The notes under the pieces were generated by a model, which worked only from the letters and a program-made list of their open reading frames with translations, was not told the DNA's origin and searched no databases. This document shows positions 13,945 through 27,544 of a stretch of 64,000 bases of DNA, piece after piece (position 1 is the stretch's first letter; every line of letters starts with the position of its first letter). The position numbers and the translations under genes were made by a program. This DNA comes from Adineta vaga (taxonomy: Eukaryota > Animalia > Rotifera). The stretch is from assembly GCA_021613535.1 (NCBI GenBank), contig CP075494.1:8680001-8744000 (forward strand), in the 5' to 3' direction.

Positions 13945-15714
13945 TTATGTATTAACATAAGCATGATGATGATGATGATCCGGTTGAGATTGATGTATGT
14001 CTAAAATTGGAATTTTTTCACTACGAAATGCTTCGAAAAAGAGTCGATGATCACGACGAACTTTATTTCCATATATCTATAATAGATCTTTAGTTATAAT
14101 TCTTTTTTTTTTCAAATATAATTTTACCATAGCAAATGATACCATATCTTGAATAAACTTTTCATGATCATTACCAATTGCTCGAAGAATAATTCGTTCA
14201 GTGTGACGTGGAATAATATCAAATGGTAATAAATCTGTATGATGCCGAGCATGTCTCTCCTTTTCAATTGAATCAACATCAGATACACAATGAATTTTTG
14301 CTAACAGAAATTTTCAATAAAATATAGATGATAAAAAAAAGCGGATTAACATTCTACTAACCCATAGCAATACCCAAATATTTTGCTGTTTGACAAACAT
14401 CATCAAAATCAATAATATCATCCCATTCTAAACCTTTACTATGTGTTGAAACTTCATCAACTAATAATGGAATTTGATTATTCAATGTTGTATAACCTAA
14501 CCATCGCGATGTAACAGCATGCATTGCATACGCACAAAGAACAGTTCGAAGACCATTATGTCGAAAATAATGTTCAAGATTTTCATCTTTGATCACTGTT
14601 GAAACAGCTGATCGAGTGGCAGGTTTCATAAATAGCACCACATCACTTTCTAATGCTTGAGTCTTGCCTTGTAATAAAATATTATACGATGTTCGACCTG
14701 CAGATCCAATACCAGATGATGTACGTGCAATGATATCTTTTACCTAATAAAATATACACAGAATAATTGAAGATAATCGATTTTTGTTCAAATACTTTAT
14801 ATGACCATGAAGATTCTTTTTTACTTTCTGGTATTGTTCGGATATAATCTTGGAAGGCAAGAATAATCTGATGTCGTAATTGATCATCGACATCTTTCAT
14901 ATTTTTCGATCGAATAAATTTTCGTTCAAAATTTTCGACTACTGTCATTTTATCCAAATGTGCTTCTTTCGAACCTAATCGAGATTCTTTTAATAATTGA
15001 TTAACTGGTCCACGAGTATTTTCACTTGTAATTGCCATATGATGTTCTTCAGGTGAATTACAATATTCATATATTTGTGTAATATATGCACGAACAAGAC
15101 AACTGATTATTTTCACAATTTTTTCATCAGAATATGCTTTCGAATAGGTTATTAAATTTATACTAGTAACTAATCGTTTGATATCCCATGTAAATGGACC
15201 AATATAACCCTAATAGACAAAATCGAAGAATTTCCTAACTCAGATTAAATAAAAAATGAATTACTTCATCAAAATCATTCACATCGAAATTAATAATTCC
15301 ATATCGATCGATATACGTTCCAAAATTTTCCGCATGAAGATCACCCTAAACGTTCTAGTAAATAAGATTTTCTTTTTTGTTTGATAATATTCTTACATGA
15401 ATAAAGATTCGTGATGCTTCTTTACAGTTTTGTAACCATGGATCATGACGAGCATCATGTCGCATATCACGATAGAATAAAACAGCTGAACCACGATAAA
15501 ATGCAAATTCATTAGCAGCCATTTTATGGAAACGACCTCGCCATGCTTTTGGATTTTCACGCATATCATTACCGAAATTTTTCATAAATGTCTCTAGGAT
15601 ATATTCAGAACGTTCTTGATCACTTTCATTGTATTGTTCTTGATATGATACAGGCGAACGAGATGAACGACGTCGATGGTTCTGATAGGATGCTGGTGAT
15701 GATGATAAATTCAT
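13945..15714 (-). CDS. DUF2252-family protein (bacterial type, kinase-like fold), five introns
   Basis: KMAANEFAFYRGSAVLFYRDM, GDLHAENFGTY, FDVNDFDE, GPFTWDIKRL, GIGSAG and VRRDHRLFFEAFR are DUF2252 hallmarks. The frame is intact after splicing and ends HHHHHAYVNT. Confidence 0.88.
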
Positions 15715-16015
15715 GTTATCTCTCGTTTACTTTACTTGAGGTTAGATAGTATGAAGTACTTCGTTGTGAAGTTGAAATACTGTACGAATCGTTCAAGTGT
15801 GACGTTGAAAATCAATGATTTATTGAATCGTATTGTTTACAGGTAAATTACTTCTATCATTTACTATTAGTCAACGAACACAAGGAAAAAATAGCATATT
15901 TTCTGTGTGATGAAATTTGACGTTTAAAAATGTTTTTTCTTCTTTTTCACTGTATTTATTTCATTGCAAACAGACGAATAGAAAATAAAACGTCTATAAG
16001 TGAAAGTATTTCGTA

Positions 16016-19000
16016 TTATGAAGTCAAGTCTTTATAACATTGATCACACACTCGTTGTGGTTTTTTAGATGTAGCTGCAACGATAGCTGTTTTTGCTGAA
16101 CAACTATCACAGAAAATATTTCCGCAACTTCGACAATGATGTTTACGTTGAGTAACAGAAAATGTTTGATTACATTTCATACAACCATGAACATCATCAT
16201 CATCTAACCAACGACGTTGATTGAATTTATTCGCTTGAATCTAAATCATGTCGAATGAAATATCTCAGAAGATCCATCGATATTATTTACTTGAAGAACT
16301 TGAAATTCTCGTGCAATTTCTTGTAATGCTGCATCCAAATCAGTGTTCTTCTTTGTTAATTGACCATTTTCGAATAGAAGTTTTTCATATTTACTTTCAC
16401 TTGCTAACGATCGTTCTAATAAAACACGACGTTCTTCTTGACTTACAGCTAAGCGTGCATCCGTATCTGAGATAAAGGAAAAATGAATCAATTAGAATCA
16501 GACAACGATTCTATTCAATATACAGACCAGCCTTTTCTGCTTTGATTTGTTCAAGAATAACTACTTTTTCATTGGTAGCTCTTAATTCTGTGCGTACAGT
16601 CGATAAATTTTCTGTCAACGCAGATAATTGCATTTCATGTCGTTTCGTTCGGGATTCAAGTTCACGTTCCAATGATTTCTAACAGAAGATAATGAAAATA
16701 AAAATACCTACATAATGATATATTCATTTACGATTTGTTTATCGTATTTTTCTCGTTGAGTATCGATCGCTTGTGTTGCTTCTGAGAGTGATTCGGAAAC
16801 CTAGAAATGAATGAAAAATTAACTTTTGCTTTATGATCAGTTCAATTTATTAAGTTTCTACTGACTTGAAGTACTTGATGATTGAGTTCTCCTAATTGTA
16901 TTTCAAGTTTCTGTTTTTTATCATGATGTATTCCGATCAATTTTTCATGTTCATGCTTTAGTTTATTCAATTGTTTTTCTGATTGTTGTTGTTGTTCAAT
17001 TAATTTCAAATTCTCCTTTTCTATTTGTTTTTCGAATTGTGTCTATTTAGAAAAGATCTTCAAAAATCAATTGATTATCTAACACTATATTCACCTTGCT
17101 TTCAATAAATAATGTGTGATAGACAGTTAAATAATGAGTGAACTCTTCACGAATTTGTTCTAATGTTTGTATACGAATTGATCGAGACTCTTGTTCTGCC
17201 TAAAAGATATTCGTAGAGTGTGAATATTAATTCCTTAGACAATAGTTACTTGTTCGATAATCGATAATAGATTGTTTTGATTCGTTGAAATCTTTGTTTG
17301 AAAATATTCTTGAGTTTTATGTACAAGATCAAGACTACGATGAATACCGGATGACAATCGTTTTATACGAATATCCTAGATATATACATAGTCATTTGTA
17401 ATTAGAAATCATTTCGTACTAGAATACTTTTTGATTTAATAGATCCTGTAATTGTTGTTCGATATCAAGTTTTTGCTTTTGCATCGAATCTAATCTTGTT
17501 TTTAATTCATTCTCTGATTGTTTTTGTTGATGAAATGTTTGTTTCCAATCATTTTTCTCCTGTTCAAATCGAGTCATTTGATCTGTTACTTCTCTTTTTA
17601 ATCGTTCTATTTCTCGTTTCTAAAATTAATTAAAACATTTGTAGAGTAAAATAATCAACTCATTGATATACTTGATTCTTATTCGATTCATTCGCTTTTT
17701 GTAGATCATTTCCTACAAATGTAGATTGTTCGCGTAGCGTGAAGATTTCATGTTTGAATTCATTTATTCGCCGTTCCTAAAAAGACATCAATCAGAGAAA
17801 TACATGAACATCAATTAATATACTTTATCTTTATTGTTATCATCGAGTTGTTTTCGGAGTAAATCTAACTCTTTCTTATCATGATTTTGTTCATTTTCTA
17901 ATTGGTTCTAGATAATTGAATAAGACATGATGAAATTAAGGATATATCAAAATCATTTTACTTTTTCATTAGTTATTTGTAAAAGTTGCTGAGAAATTTG
18001 ATCTAGTTCATCTTGAATTTGTTGCCGTTGATTGTTTATTTGTTTGATTTGTATTCGAAGATCTTTTGTTTGTTGCTCATATTGTTCCTTCCAAGATTCC
18101 AATAACTTTAATTGAAAACAATGATCTATTGACTTACTTTTTCTTGTGTTATCTGGCGAAGAAGATTTTGTCTTTCATGATCTTCATCACCGCTCATTTT
18201 TGTTTGAATAAAATGATTTTTTTCCTCGCGTAATTCATGTAAGTTTTTTTCTAATGTTTGAATTTCATTGTTTAATATTTCTATTTGATTTCGATAAGAA
18301 TTTGTTTGTCTTTGTTCAGTTTGTAAATCATTTGTAAGTTTAGTATTCATTTGTTTCTGAAAAAAAATATAAAATAGAATTCAAACTAAGAGATATTCAA
18401 CGCACTTGTTGTCCGAGATCAGACTGTAATTGAATATTCGTTTGTTGAAGTTGTTTGACTATAGTTTGATTCTATACAAATAGTTTAATAATCATATAAT
18501 TGCTGAGGATAATGAATAAGTCTCAGTGCATTTTAAAGTCAACTCGTATTCAAATTTAAATAAGACCTGTAATTTATCTCTACTATTTGATGTTGACTCT
18601 TTTTTGAACTCACTTCTAGAAGATTATTTTGAAGTTTATTCTTTCGTTCACGTGCTATTCGAATTGATTGTTTCATCTGAATAATTCCATTTTCCACGAG
18701 TGATGTATTCTCTTTGAACAATTCGTCGCAAAGTGATAGATTCTTTTGGAAAAAGACAATAATATTGATAGAAATTACAAATATATTATAAAATTACTTG
18801 ACTTAAACGGTTTTCGACTTGATTCAATCTTTGAACAGATTGATCACTATAAATATATGAACTTTCGCTTTTAAATTTCAACATATTCAATATACTTTTC
18901 TATTAAAATAGCACGTAATTCGCCAATTTGTTGTTCTTTTTCTAATGCCATTTCATTCATACATTGTTGAACAGTAATCAGTTCACGTTTTAGTACATTA

Positions 19001-20258
19001 ACATCATCTGTCGTCGATCTAAGGAATGAATTGATAAAATTCTACATGTTTAAACTACAAGCTAACATGCATAGGTGAGTGTATATCTAATACAAGCTAC
19101 TTACAAACTAGACGGAAATGAAATTTGAGAAAAAAAAAGAAAGACAAAATATCCAATCAATAAAATAGCAATCAATCAATCATTGTTGATATAAGGTTTA
19201 TAAACTTACCTAGGAATGAGATCATTACATAGAGTAGCAACTTGATGTTGTTTTGCTTTTAATTCATCCTAAAAATCGAAGTTTGCCTTTCAAAATATTG
19301 ATGCATTGATGGTAAAACAAACTTTTGTATTGAGAAGTTCATCTGTAAAGATAGCTAATTGAGCATCATAAACATCTTTTGTCGCTTTTAAACTCGCAAT
19401 TTCTTGTGACTAGAGAAAAGTGTATGCAAGAATTGAAAATAATCAATATATTTGATGATTTCATTACTTGTTCAACGACTGTATTTTGTGTGGATTTGAG
19501 ATGTTTTTGTAATAGCTGAAGTTCCTCTTCGAGATCATCACTACGTTGTTTCTGTTGTATTAATTCATTTGATACTACAATCAAGTAAAAAAAAAGAAGA
19601 TCAAAAGAATGTTCCTATTAAACGATAGTATATGGTTAAAAAAAGCCAATTTTCTATACATTTGTTATCTATGAAGTAAACCTTTTCTGAAATTTAATAC
19701 TTTTACGACAATCAAGGTCAATCAAATATTTGTACAAATCTCTTCTTCAATTATTCTTACTTAACATTCGACTTTCTTCAGAGGCAATAAATTGTTGTTT
19801 CCATAGAGCCACATCTGGATCTATATTTTCCTGTAAGAAACAATATACGAAAATCATCTATTGATACTTATTCTATACCTGTTTTTCTTCTTGTTTAGGA
19901 GCAGGTTTGAAATCATTGAAAGTTTCTTTTTCAGTTACAGATTCTTGTGCATGAGTATCCGTATAATGTTGTGCAAGTTCTGTGTGATCTGTAAACTTTT
20001 GATGACAAATTGGACAGAGGAAACCCTGAAGAAAACGAAAATAAACTAAAACAATTTCTCATAATTGAAAAACCTAACTTCTTCATCAAATGCGCATGCT
20101 GGTGTTGTTGGTTCACTTTCATGTGTATTGTTATTCGAATTATTTACTGGAGCAGGAGAGCCAGTCTAAGTATTAAAGAATATCAATGAATATTCTTTAA
20201 GACAATCGATATAATCCTTTACTTTACGACTTTTTAATCGATTAAAAAGACCTGACAT
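16016..20258 (-). CDS. EEA1: Early endosome antigen 1-like (C2H2 finger, long coiled coil, FYVE)
   Basis: N-terminal GFLCPICHQKFTDHTELAQHYTDTH; many coiled-coil exons; ERRVLLERSL; C-terminal FYVE RWLDDDDVHGCMKC...RKHHCRSCGNIFC...RVCDQC. Confidence 0.88.
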
Positions 20259-21608
20259 AGTTTGAATTATAGACGAATTTAGTTCAATTTGAAAAACGTA
20301 TAAGTTTATCTGTCATTGATATGAAGATTAAACAACTATTTGTTCGTAGTTAGAACCAGTTCTCACAACGTTAATAGACGAGGTCGCCAGTAATCAAGTA
20401 GAAAAAAGACGATTCTTATCTTTTTCTACCTTTATTTCTATTTCATTTTATTTAGACTACGTCAATTCATCTGACTGATATTTAAACAATTGAATAAGAT
20501 CTCATGTGATAAGCGAATTTGCGTTACAAAAATTGTTTTTAATGAAAATAGAACATGACATTTTTTCGAATTGATCCATTCAAATGACAAAAACATTGAT
20601 AACAATTTTAAGTTATTGATCATCATATTGCAATACAATTGTAAATATATACATCAATAGATATTTATTTTACGAAACAAATAAAGCAAAAGACGAACTA
20701 TTCTCTAATACTTAATTTATCTTGATTATAAATGAATAAATTTGACAATGTTATTCTACATATTACTGTTCAATCTGCTTCGCCAATAAGAAAAAAAAAT
20801 GACAATACACATGTACATATACACAAGTCGAGTATTAAACAATCCAAAAGTTCATTTTCTGTTCAGATTGGTCGAATTGAATTACTGAAGAAAAACAAAT
20901 CTTTAAAACTGAAATTAATTCTCAAAACAACAAAATATTACTTTGCAAAATTCACTAATCGATTCAATCCATTTTTCGATATTTAACATCTTAATGATGT
21001 TTGATACGTACAATAGTTACATTTTTAGTGTCCGAATGTATTGCGTGATAGAATAGAAAGAATATGTTACGTATGACCAGTAAGAGAAAAGAAGAAGAAG
21101 AAGAAGAAGAAAAAAGGTCCTTCTGTCGTAATCTCTATACTAACTCGTTCTTTTTCTTCTGTTCAATTCTTATGTAATATATTGAACGAGAAGGAAAGAT
21201 TACATAAGTTATTGAATGAGAAAAGAAAGAGATTACTCTATTATAGCAAATGTCTTTTTCTTGGTTTATCTTAAAGTTCTAATAGTTCAACAGAACAAGA
21301 GTTCAACGAATTTTTCATATTTGTATACTTTGCGAGAGAGAGAATCTCTATGATATCAAACTATGAATATATATACATATATGAAACACAAGTGTTAATT
21401 GATTTGTAGTAGTATCTATATTTTGTTTTCATAAATCTAATTACTACATTGAGAATGAAAATACATATTTCATTTTTACTAACATATGAATTAAATGAAA
21501 CATAGAAAGAAGAAAAAAAAGAACAGAGAATTATATTCATATCTGACAAAAGAAAAATATCTGACATCATGAAAGTAAAGAAAAACATATAGATATCACG
21601 AAAAGAAA

Positions 21609-24600
21609 CTAATTATCAAGAAATAAACTTTTTAAATGTAATTGTTCAAGATGTGTCAATGATGAATTAGTGAATAATTGTCGAACAAGTTCAATATAAT
21701 CATCATCAAATGGTAATCGACCATTTGTTTGAAAGATTTCTGCTGCTTTTTGTAAACGATCACCAAGTGTTATATTCATAATTGATTGCTTTTTCGGAGA
21801 AATTTCTTCTTTTTCTACTTGATTTTCGATATTATCTGTATCATTATTATCATCATCTGTTACTGATAAACGACGTTTTTGAGGAGATATTTGTTCATCA
21901 CGATTAGCTAATGCTAATTGTCGTCTTGTACGAATGAAATCTGTCTGACTAGTTGATGATGGTATTGATTCTTCATTTGAATCTTTATCATCATTTAAAT
22001 AAAGTCGTTCATAATCAAGACTATCGATTAATGTATCAACATCATATAATGCATGATGTGGATCATTAATAGCTGTTATTGTTGGTAATGAAGCTGCTTC
22101 TTTGATGAATGTTCCATCACTAAATGCTAGAACAAAATCAAAAGAAAAAAAGCTTTTACTTTTATGTAAAAAAAAAACTATATTTTCATACCGATGGGTT
22201 CTTCTGATGTACTGGCAATTGGTGTGAGCGATTCGCTATTGATACCAATTATGGGAGATAATGATGGAGATGTAACTAAACGTTCTTGATATAAGGAAAG
22301 AGCTTTTTGAATATTTGATAATTTAGGTGGTGGAAGAGGATACACTTCGATTTGTGCAGCTGTTGAACGAGCAATGTCACCGACTGTATTCATTTTAATT
22401 GAACGAAAATAATTGATAGCATTGGTTGGACTAGAACAAACAAGATCTTATTCGATATGATGATGAAGAAAAAAATCGAGTCTAAATACCAAACACCACC
22501 ATAGACAACGTGAATTAAAGAATCTAATGGTTTATCACAATCAACTAATGCTGGAAAGATTGGTTCTGCAGATTTGACTTGCGATACATCGATTTCACTT
22601 GTATTCAATGTAGACTAAACAAAGAAACCAGATAGATAGATAGATATTATTTATATTACTTCATAAAACTGAATTATTCAATAAGCATCGTAAAGCGTGT
22701 CATTACCAAAAATATTTCTATAGCAATGATAAACAATGAACAAATTACATCAGTGCAAAATCTCTAGTCACTGATTAACATGAACAAAGTGACTAAAAGA
22801 TGATGAACTGCTGCAAAATGTCGACACAAAACAACATTTATATCAACCAAGGAGTGCAGATTATCTAGTCAGGAATAAAACATATCAACCGGACTCAACA
22901 AACGTCACTCCAAAGTTAAATATTTTACACAATCGATAAACGGCATCTCTATATCTTTTGACTTACTTCATTTGTTGGTTTATCAGGAAGAATAAATAAT
23001 TTTGATGAACGTGGTTTATTTATTTGTTCATTATTAGCATGTATTCCACTCGAACGTCGAGTTGATATAGTTGATGAATATTTATTTTCTTCTCTATTTA
23101 AAATTTTCTTTTTCTGTGGTTGTGCATTGGGATCACGACGTAATGGTGATGCAAACAATAGGACTTTAACTTGATCATGAAAAGCAACACGACGTGTATG
23201 ATCTTGTCGAGGCTTAGTTGGTGATAAACGTTTTAGGATACTTTTCAATGGACGTGATTTAATGAGTTCAATATCTTCCGATGATAATGGTGTTGGTGGT
23301 TCGACAACAACTGATGGAACCGTAGTTGAAACTTCATTTGGTGATGAAATAGCACGTTTTTTTCGAGCATTATTTGTTAAACTTTTACGTGCTGATGTTG
23401 ACGGGCGACGAGAACGACGAAGTTTTCGAGATATAGATGATTCCTCTGGAATATCTTCTTCATTATTGCTATTGTTCGAAGTAGCACCTGTAGTAGATGT
23501 TTGTGAAGATGAATTTTCATTCTCTGTAGTTGTAGATGAAGTTGATGGTGATGGCGATGTCGCTGCTGATGGTGATGTTTCAACTGGCATATCATTTTCT
23601 TGTGATGATTGCACTGAAAGTTCTGTATCTGCAGTTGGTTGTTGTGATAAAGATTGATTATTCTCTGTTGTTGATTGTATATCTCCACTACTTGCATTAC
23701 GAAATTGATAAGTTGCCATCATATTTTCAATTGTTGGTGTATCCATTGTATACGATAATGATTGTGTATTACTATTATCATCACAAAGCAAGGGCATTGC
23801 ATGTCGTGTACGTAATTTTTCTTTTTGTTTTTCTGTTAAACCACTACTTGTTGATAACATACGTTTGGTAATAACGACTGGGGAATCCGATGGACTATCA
23901 TAATTGATATTATTTGTAATGGGAACAAATACTGGTTCAGTTTTTTCAACTGCAGTTGAACGAGTAATTGGTGTACATGGTGAAGAAAAACGTGCTGGAG
24001 ATGATGGTAAGGATGGTTTAGGATTTATTGGTGGAATAATCAGAGGAGTTGGAATATCAATTTGTTGAGATAATTGACTTTCTTCCGGTGTACTTGGTAT
24101 TAGAACACCGCTACCAGCGGTGTTACTATTATCATGATCAGCTAAGAAACAAGGTAATAATAAATGTTCTTTCTCTTTGAGATCACGAAGATATGTTCTA
24201 AATCGATAAAACAAGAAGAACTTTAAAGTTTGGTCAAATACTGATATGAAAGTATAGGATGCATCGAACTCTTACCTCAGTTCATTTGGATAACTAATAA
24301 ATGTTAAACGTCCAAATGTTTCATTCCAACATTTTCTTGCTTTATTTCTAATCATTGCTTTGTTATGTTGAAATGCAACAATCAATATTGGATATACAAG
24401 CTGTAATAATGATGAACCATTGGATGATTCAAAGACTGTTTGTATTGTTAATATAATTTTATTCAAAATAATATTATCTGATTGTTGTTGTTGTTTATTT
24501 GATGATGATACTGGTGATGCACCTGGTGTTGATGTTGAAATTATTGATTGATCATAGGTGAGAAGAAATGAATGAATTTGTGTTAAATTGGTCAAGATAA

Positions 24601-27122
24601 TTTCTAATTGTGAACATGTTTTACATATACTAAATAAATCGACAATTAAATCACGTACATATGTAAATACAATTGATTTGCTTTGTTCATTTGTAGAAAT
24701 TTTATTTGATTTCATTAAACAATAACAAACAAATAACCATTGTGTTGTATTCTGATCATTCGACGATGATAACAAACGTTGTAAAGTAGAATTCATAATC
24801 ACAGATAATTGCGTATAACAAAGTGTGATCGATGATAGGGATGGTAATGAACGTTTTGGAATACTATTTAAATCAATATCATTTAAAGTTTTTAATAAAC
24901 ATTTGATTGTTGTTAGTAGAAATCCGAATAAACGTTGATTTTCTTGATCTTTAATAGCTTGTTCGAAAACAAGTCCATGTCGAAGTAATTCCATATATAA
25001 ATGAATTAATTGTTTTCCATCAAGTAAAACTAAACGACACAATGCTTTGAATAATTGTGTCCATATTAAAGTATATGAATAATCGAGATGTTGACTATCA
25101 CTAAGTGAAAATGGACGAAGTAATAATTCAATGGTTGTTTCTTGTCGTTGATTATTTAATTCAACGGAACGTGTATTATTAAGAATTGATATTAAATGTG
25201 ATGAACAACGTAACCATATATGCCAGAATAGTGAAGGAATTATTAAAGGTTGAATTGTTAATTCAAATGAACATTTAAGTAGTAAGAGACCTGTTTGATG
25301 ACAAAAATTATCGTCTGATGTTTTCGATAATGTATCAATTAGATATGAAAGAATATGAAGATATGTTTGTTCAATAGTTAAATTATCAGGTGTGTAACGA
25401 ATAGCATGTTCTAACATCATATGAAGATATTGATCAGATAGTGTTGTACGAGATGAAGATGATTGATCAGATGATAATGATGATGATTTATCTTCTAAAA
25501 AATAGAATGATTTGAGTTTTATTTTGAATAGAAAGAGAATAAAACTTACGTGATCGATTGTTTTGTGAAGCTGAGAATGTTTTTGTTCTTATACTTGAAT
25601 CTCGTAGAACAGTTTCGATTGCAAGTGGAAATCCAGTTCGTTCAAATGTTTCAAAGATTTTAAATAAAAATTCTGTTGGAATATGTGAATCAATCCATAA
25701 TTGTTCAATACGTGTTAAAAGACATGTATTTATTGCGACTCGTTCAGATTCATTCATAGAATTATTCAATGTAAATAGACGTGTTAGATGAGTTAAATAA
25801 CAATTCCAAATTGTTAACCAAGAAGAATTTTCATCATTTAATTCTTCAAAAACTGAATCAAATAAGTAATTAAGAATTTGATCACCAGCTGTTTTCATTA
25901 CATTTTCACCATGATTCGTTAGAACCTCATGTAAACATTCGATTCCCATCTTTCGACATTCTGGCCACCATGATGTATTTGTTGGAGGCGTTTTACCTGA
26001 TGTTTGATGACCAAATGCAAATGCAAGAAATGGTAATAGAACATCATCGATATGTGTTGGATATGATGAAACGAGTATTAACCATGCACGACATTTAGCG
26101 ATAGATGCTGATTTACTTTTTGATGTATAATCAGGTAGAAATGGTGTAAGAAATAATTTTAGTAAACGATTATATAATTGTTGTTGATGTGTATCATCAT
26201 GATTGAGATTTAAATCTGAACGATAGATATGTGACATAAATGAAGCCCATGCTGAAAATGCAGCACCACGAACAGAATAATTGGCAACGACGAAAGCTAA
26301 AATAGACGTGATAATAAAATGATTGAGAAAAGTGACAGAGAATTACATACCATCCTGAATAACAGCTAACATTTCATTTCCTTTGGTATGTCCACGTGTT
26401 AATAATCGACTGAGAAGTGCAGCTAATGGTTCCCATAAATGAATAGCGAATAAAGCTAATTTTAAATCATCAACATGTTTAACCCATGTTTTTAATTGAG
26501 TTAGAAAATTTGTTGAAATTACTGATGATGGCGAACGACCCAGTACGTCGACAATTTCTTTTGGTAATGGTGTAAAACATTTGACTATTTGAGCAAGTAG
26601 ATCAATTATTAGATCACCATAAATTAAATATGATGTAGAAGAAATACGTGTCACTACAAAATGCAGTATACTTGAAAGCCATTCAGCTAATGTTGAATAT
26701 AACAGATTTGATCGATTGTCAAGAAGAACAATAAGAAATTTTAAAAGAGATAATAAGATCTCATTATTATCATCACAAGTCGTTAATATACGTTTAATAA
26801 ATGGCAATAGATCTTGTTTAAATTGTATATCAGTTACTTCGACGAGTAAATTCTCAGAATTTGTTTGAAAAGAATCAAGAATATATAGAAGTATTTGTGA
26901 AGAAACATCCACTGAATCACCTAAGATATTACAAAGATGATTAACAAAGGACGATCGAAGTGATATAGTTTGATAACATTGGTTATAGATATTTAAAAAT
27001 TCCGTGGGTGAATGAAGATTAGTTCGTAAGTCATCAAGAAGAGTCGATTCGTTGATACTTGGACTTGTTTGTGGTGAAGTTGAAGTTAGATTTTTCGATC
27101 GTGTTTTTCGTGCTCCTGTCAT
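21609..27122 (-). CDS. RIF1: Replication timing / telomere-associated factor Rif1
   Basis: Long helical N-terminus ending IRNKARKCWNETFG...YPNELR, then a disordered Ser/Thr region, PP1-binding SILK and RVAF motifs, and a C-terminal IFPALVDC...NTVGDIAR...PKLSNIQKAL domain. Confidence 0.88.
22749..22810 (-). ncRNA. pre-miRNA, miR-279/miR-61 seed family (copy 2), in Rif1 intron
   Basis: 3p arm UGACUAGAGAUUUUGCACUGAU (22770-22749) pairs with 5p arm CAGUUCAUCAUCUUUUAGUCACU, leaving 2-nt 3' overhangs at both ends; seed GACUAGA; lower stem present. Confidence 0.85.
22849..22911 (-). ncRNA. pre-miRNA, miR-279/miR-61 seed family (copy 1), in Rif1 intron
   Basis: 3p arm UGACUAGAUAAUCUGCACUCCU(U) (22871-22849) pairs with 5p arm GGAGUGACGUUUGUUGAGUCCGG; same seed; lower stem UUAAC/GUUGA. 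Confidence 0.8.
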
Positions 27123-27544
27123 TGATAATAGCACTTCGACAATTTTGATCTTTACCTACGAATGAGAAAATAAATAGACTGACCAATTGTAAAGCCATCA
27201 TACCAGACACGAAATTCACATACAATGGCAGCCATTCAGATAGCCATTTCGAAACAATGAAAGACCTCCATTTTGAAACGAAATAGAAACAGACAGACAG
27301 AAAAAAAGGGTATATTCTATATCGTCAGAGAGTAATACGACGTTTCTTTTGTGCAATTAACAACAGATGTACTTTTTTACTGGCGACACCTATATTTTTT
27401 TGTTCGCGATACAAGAATTCAAATAAAGTATAGAACTTGTTTCTTTATGAAAAGTAACTAACGAAATAGTAACCGATAAAGATTTATTCTATCAATCGAT
27501 GCCAAAGAACTAAGTTAAACAAAAAAATAGAATTTCATCGATGC

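Noticed and set aside
22670-22745. Possible third hairpin in the Rif1 intron (UCAUUGCUA/UGGUAAUGA)
   Set aside because: Only a 9-bp core with large asymmetric loops, no recognised seed, and it overlaps the lower stem of the neighbouring miRNA.
22740-22920. H/ACA snoRNA reading of the two Rif1 intronic hairpins
   Set aside because: An ANANNA-like box lies between them, but there is no terminal ACA. The shared UGACUAGA seed and 2-nt overhangs fit miRNAs better.
23262-23871. Plus-strand and alternate-frame ORFs overlapping Rif1
   Set aside because: Antisense or shifted-frame shadows of the Ser/Thr-rich Rif1 exon; no motifs or splice support.
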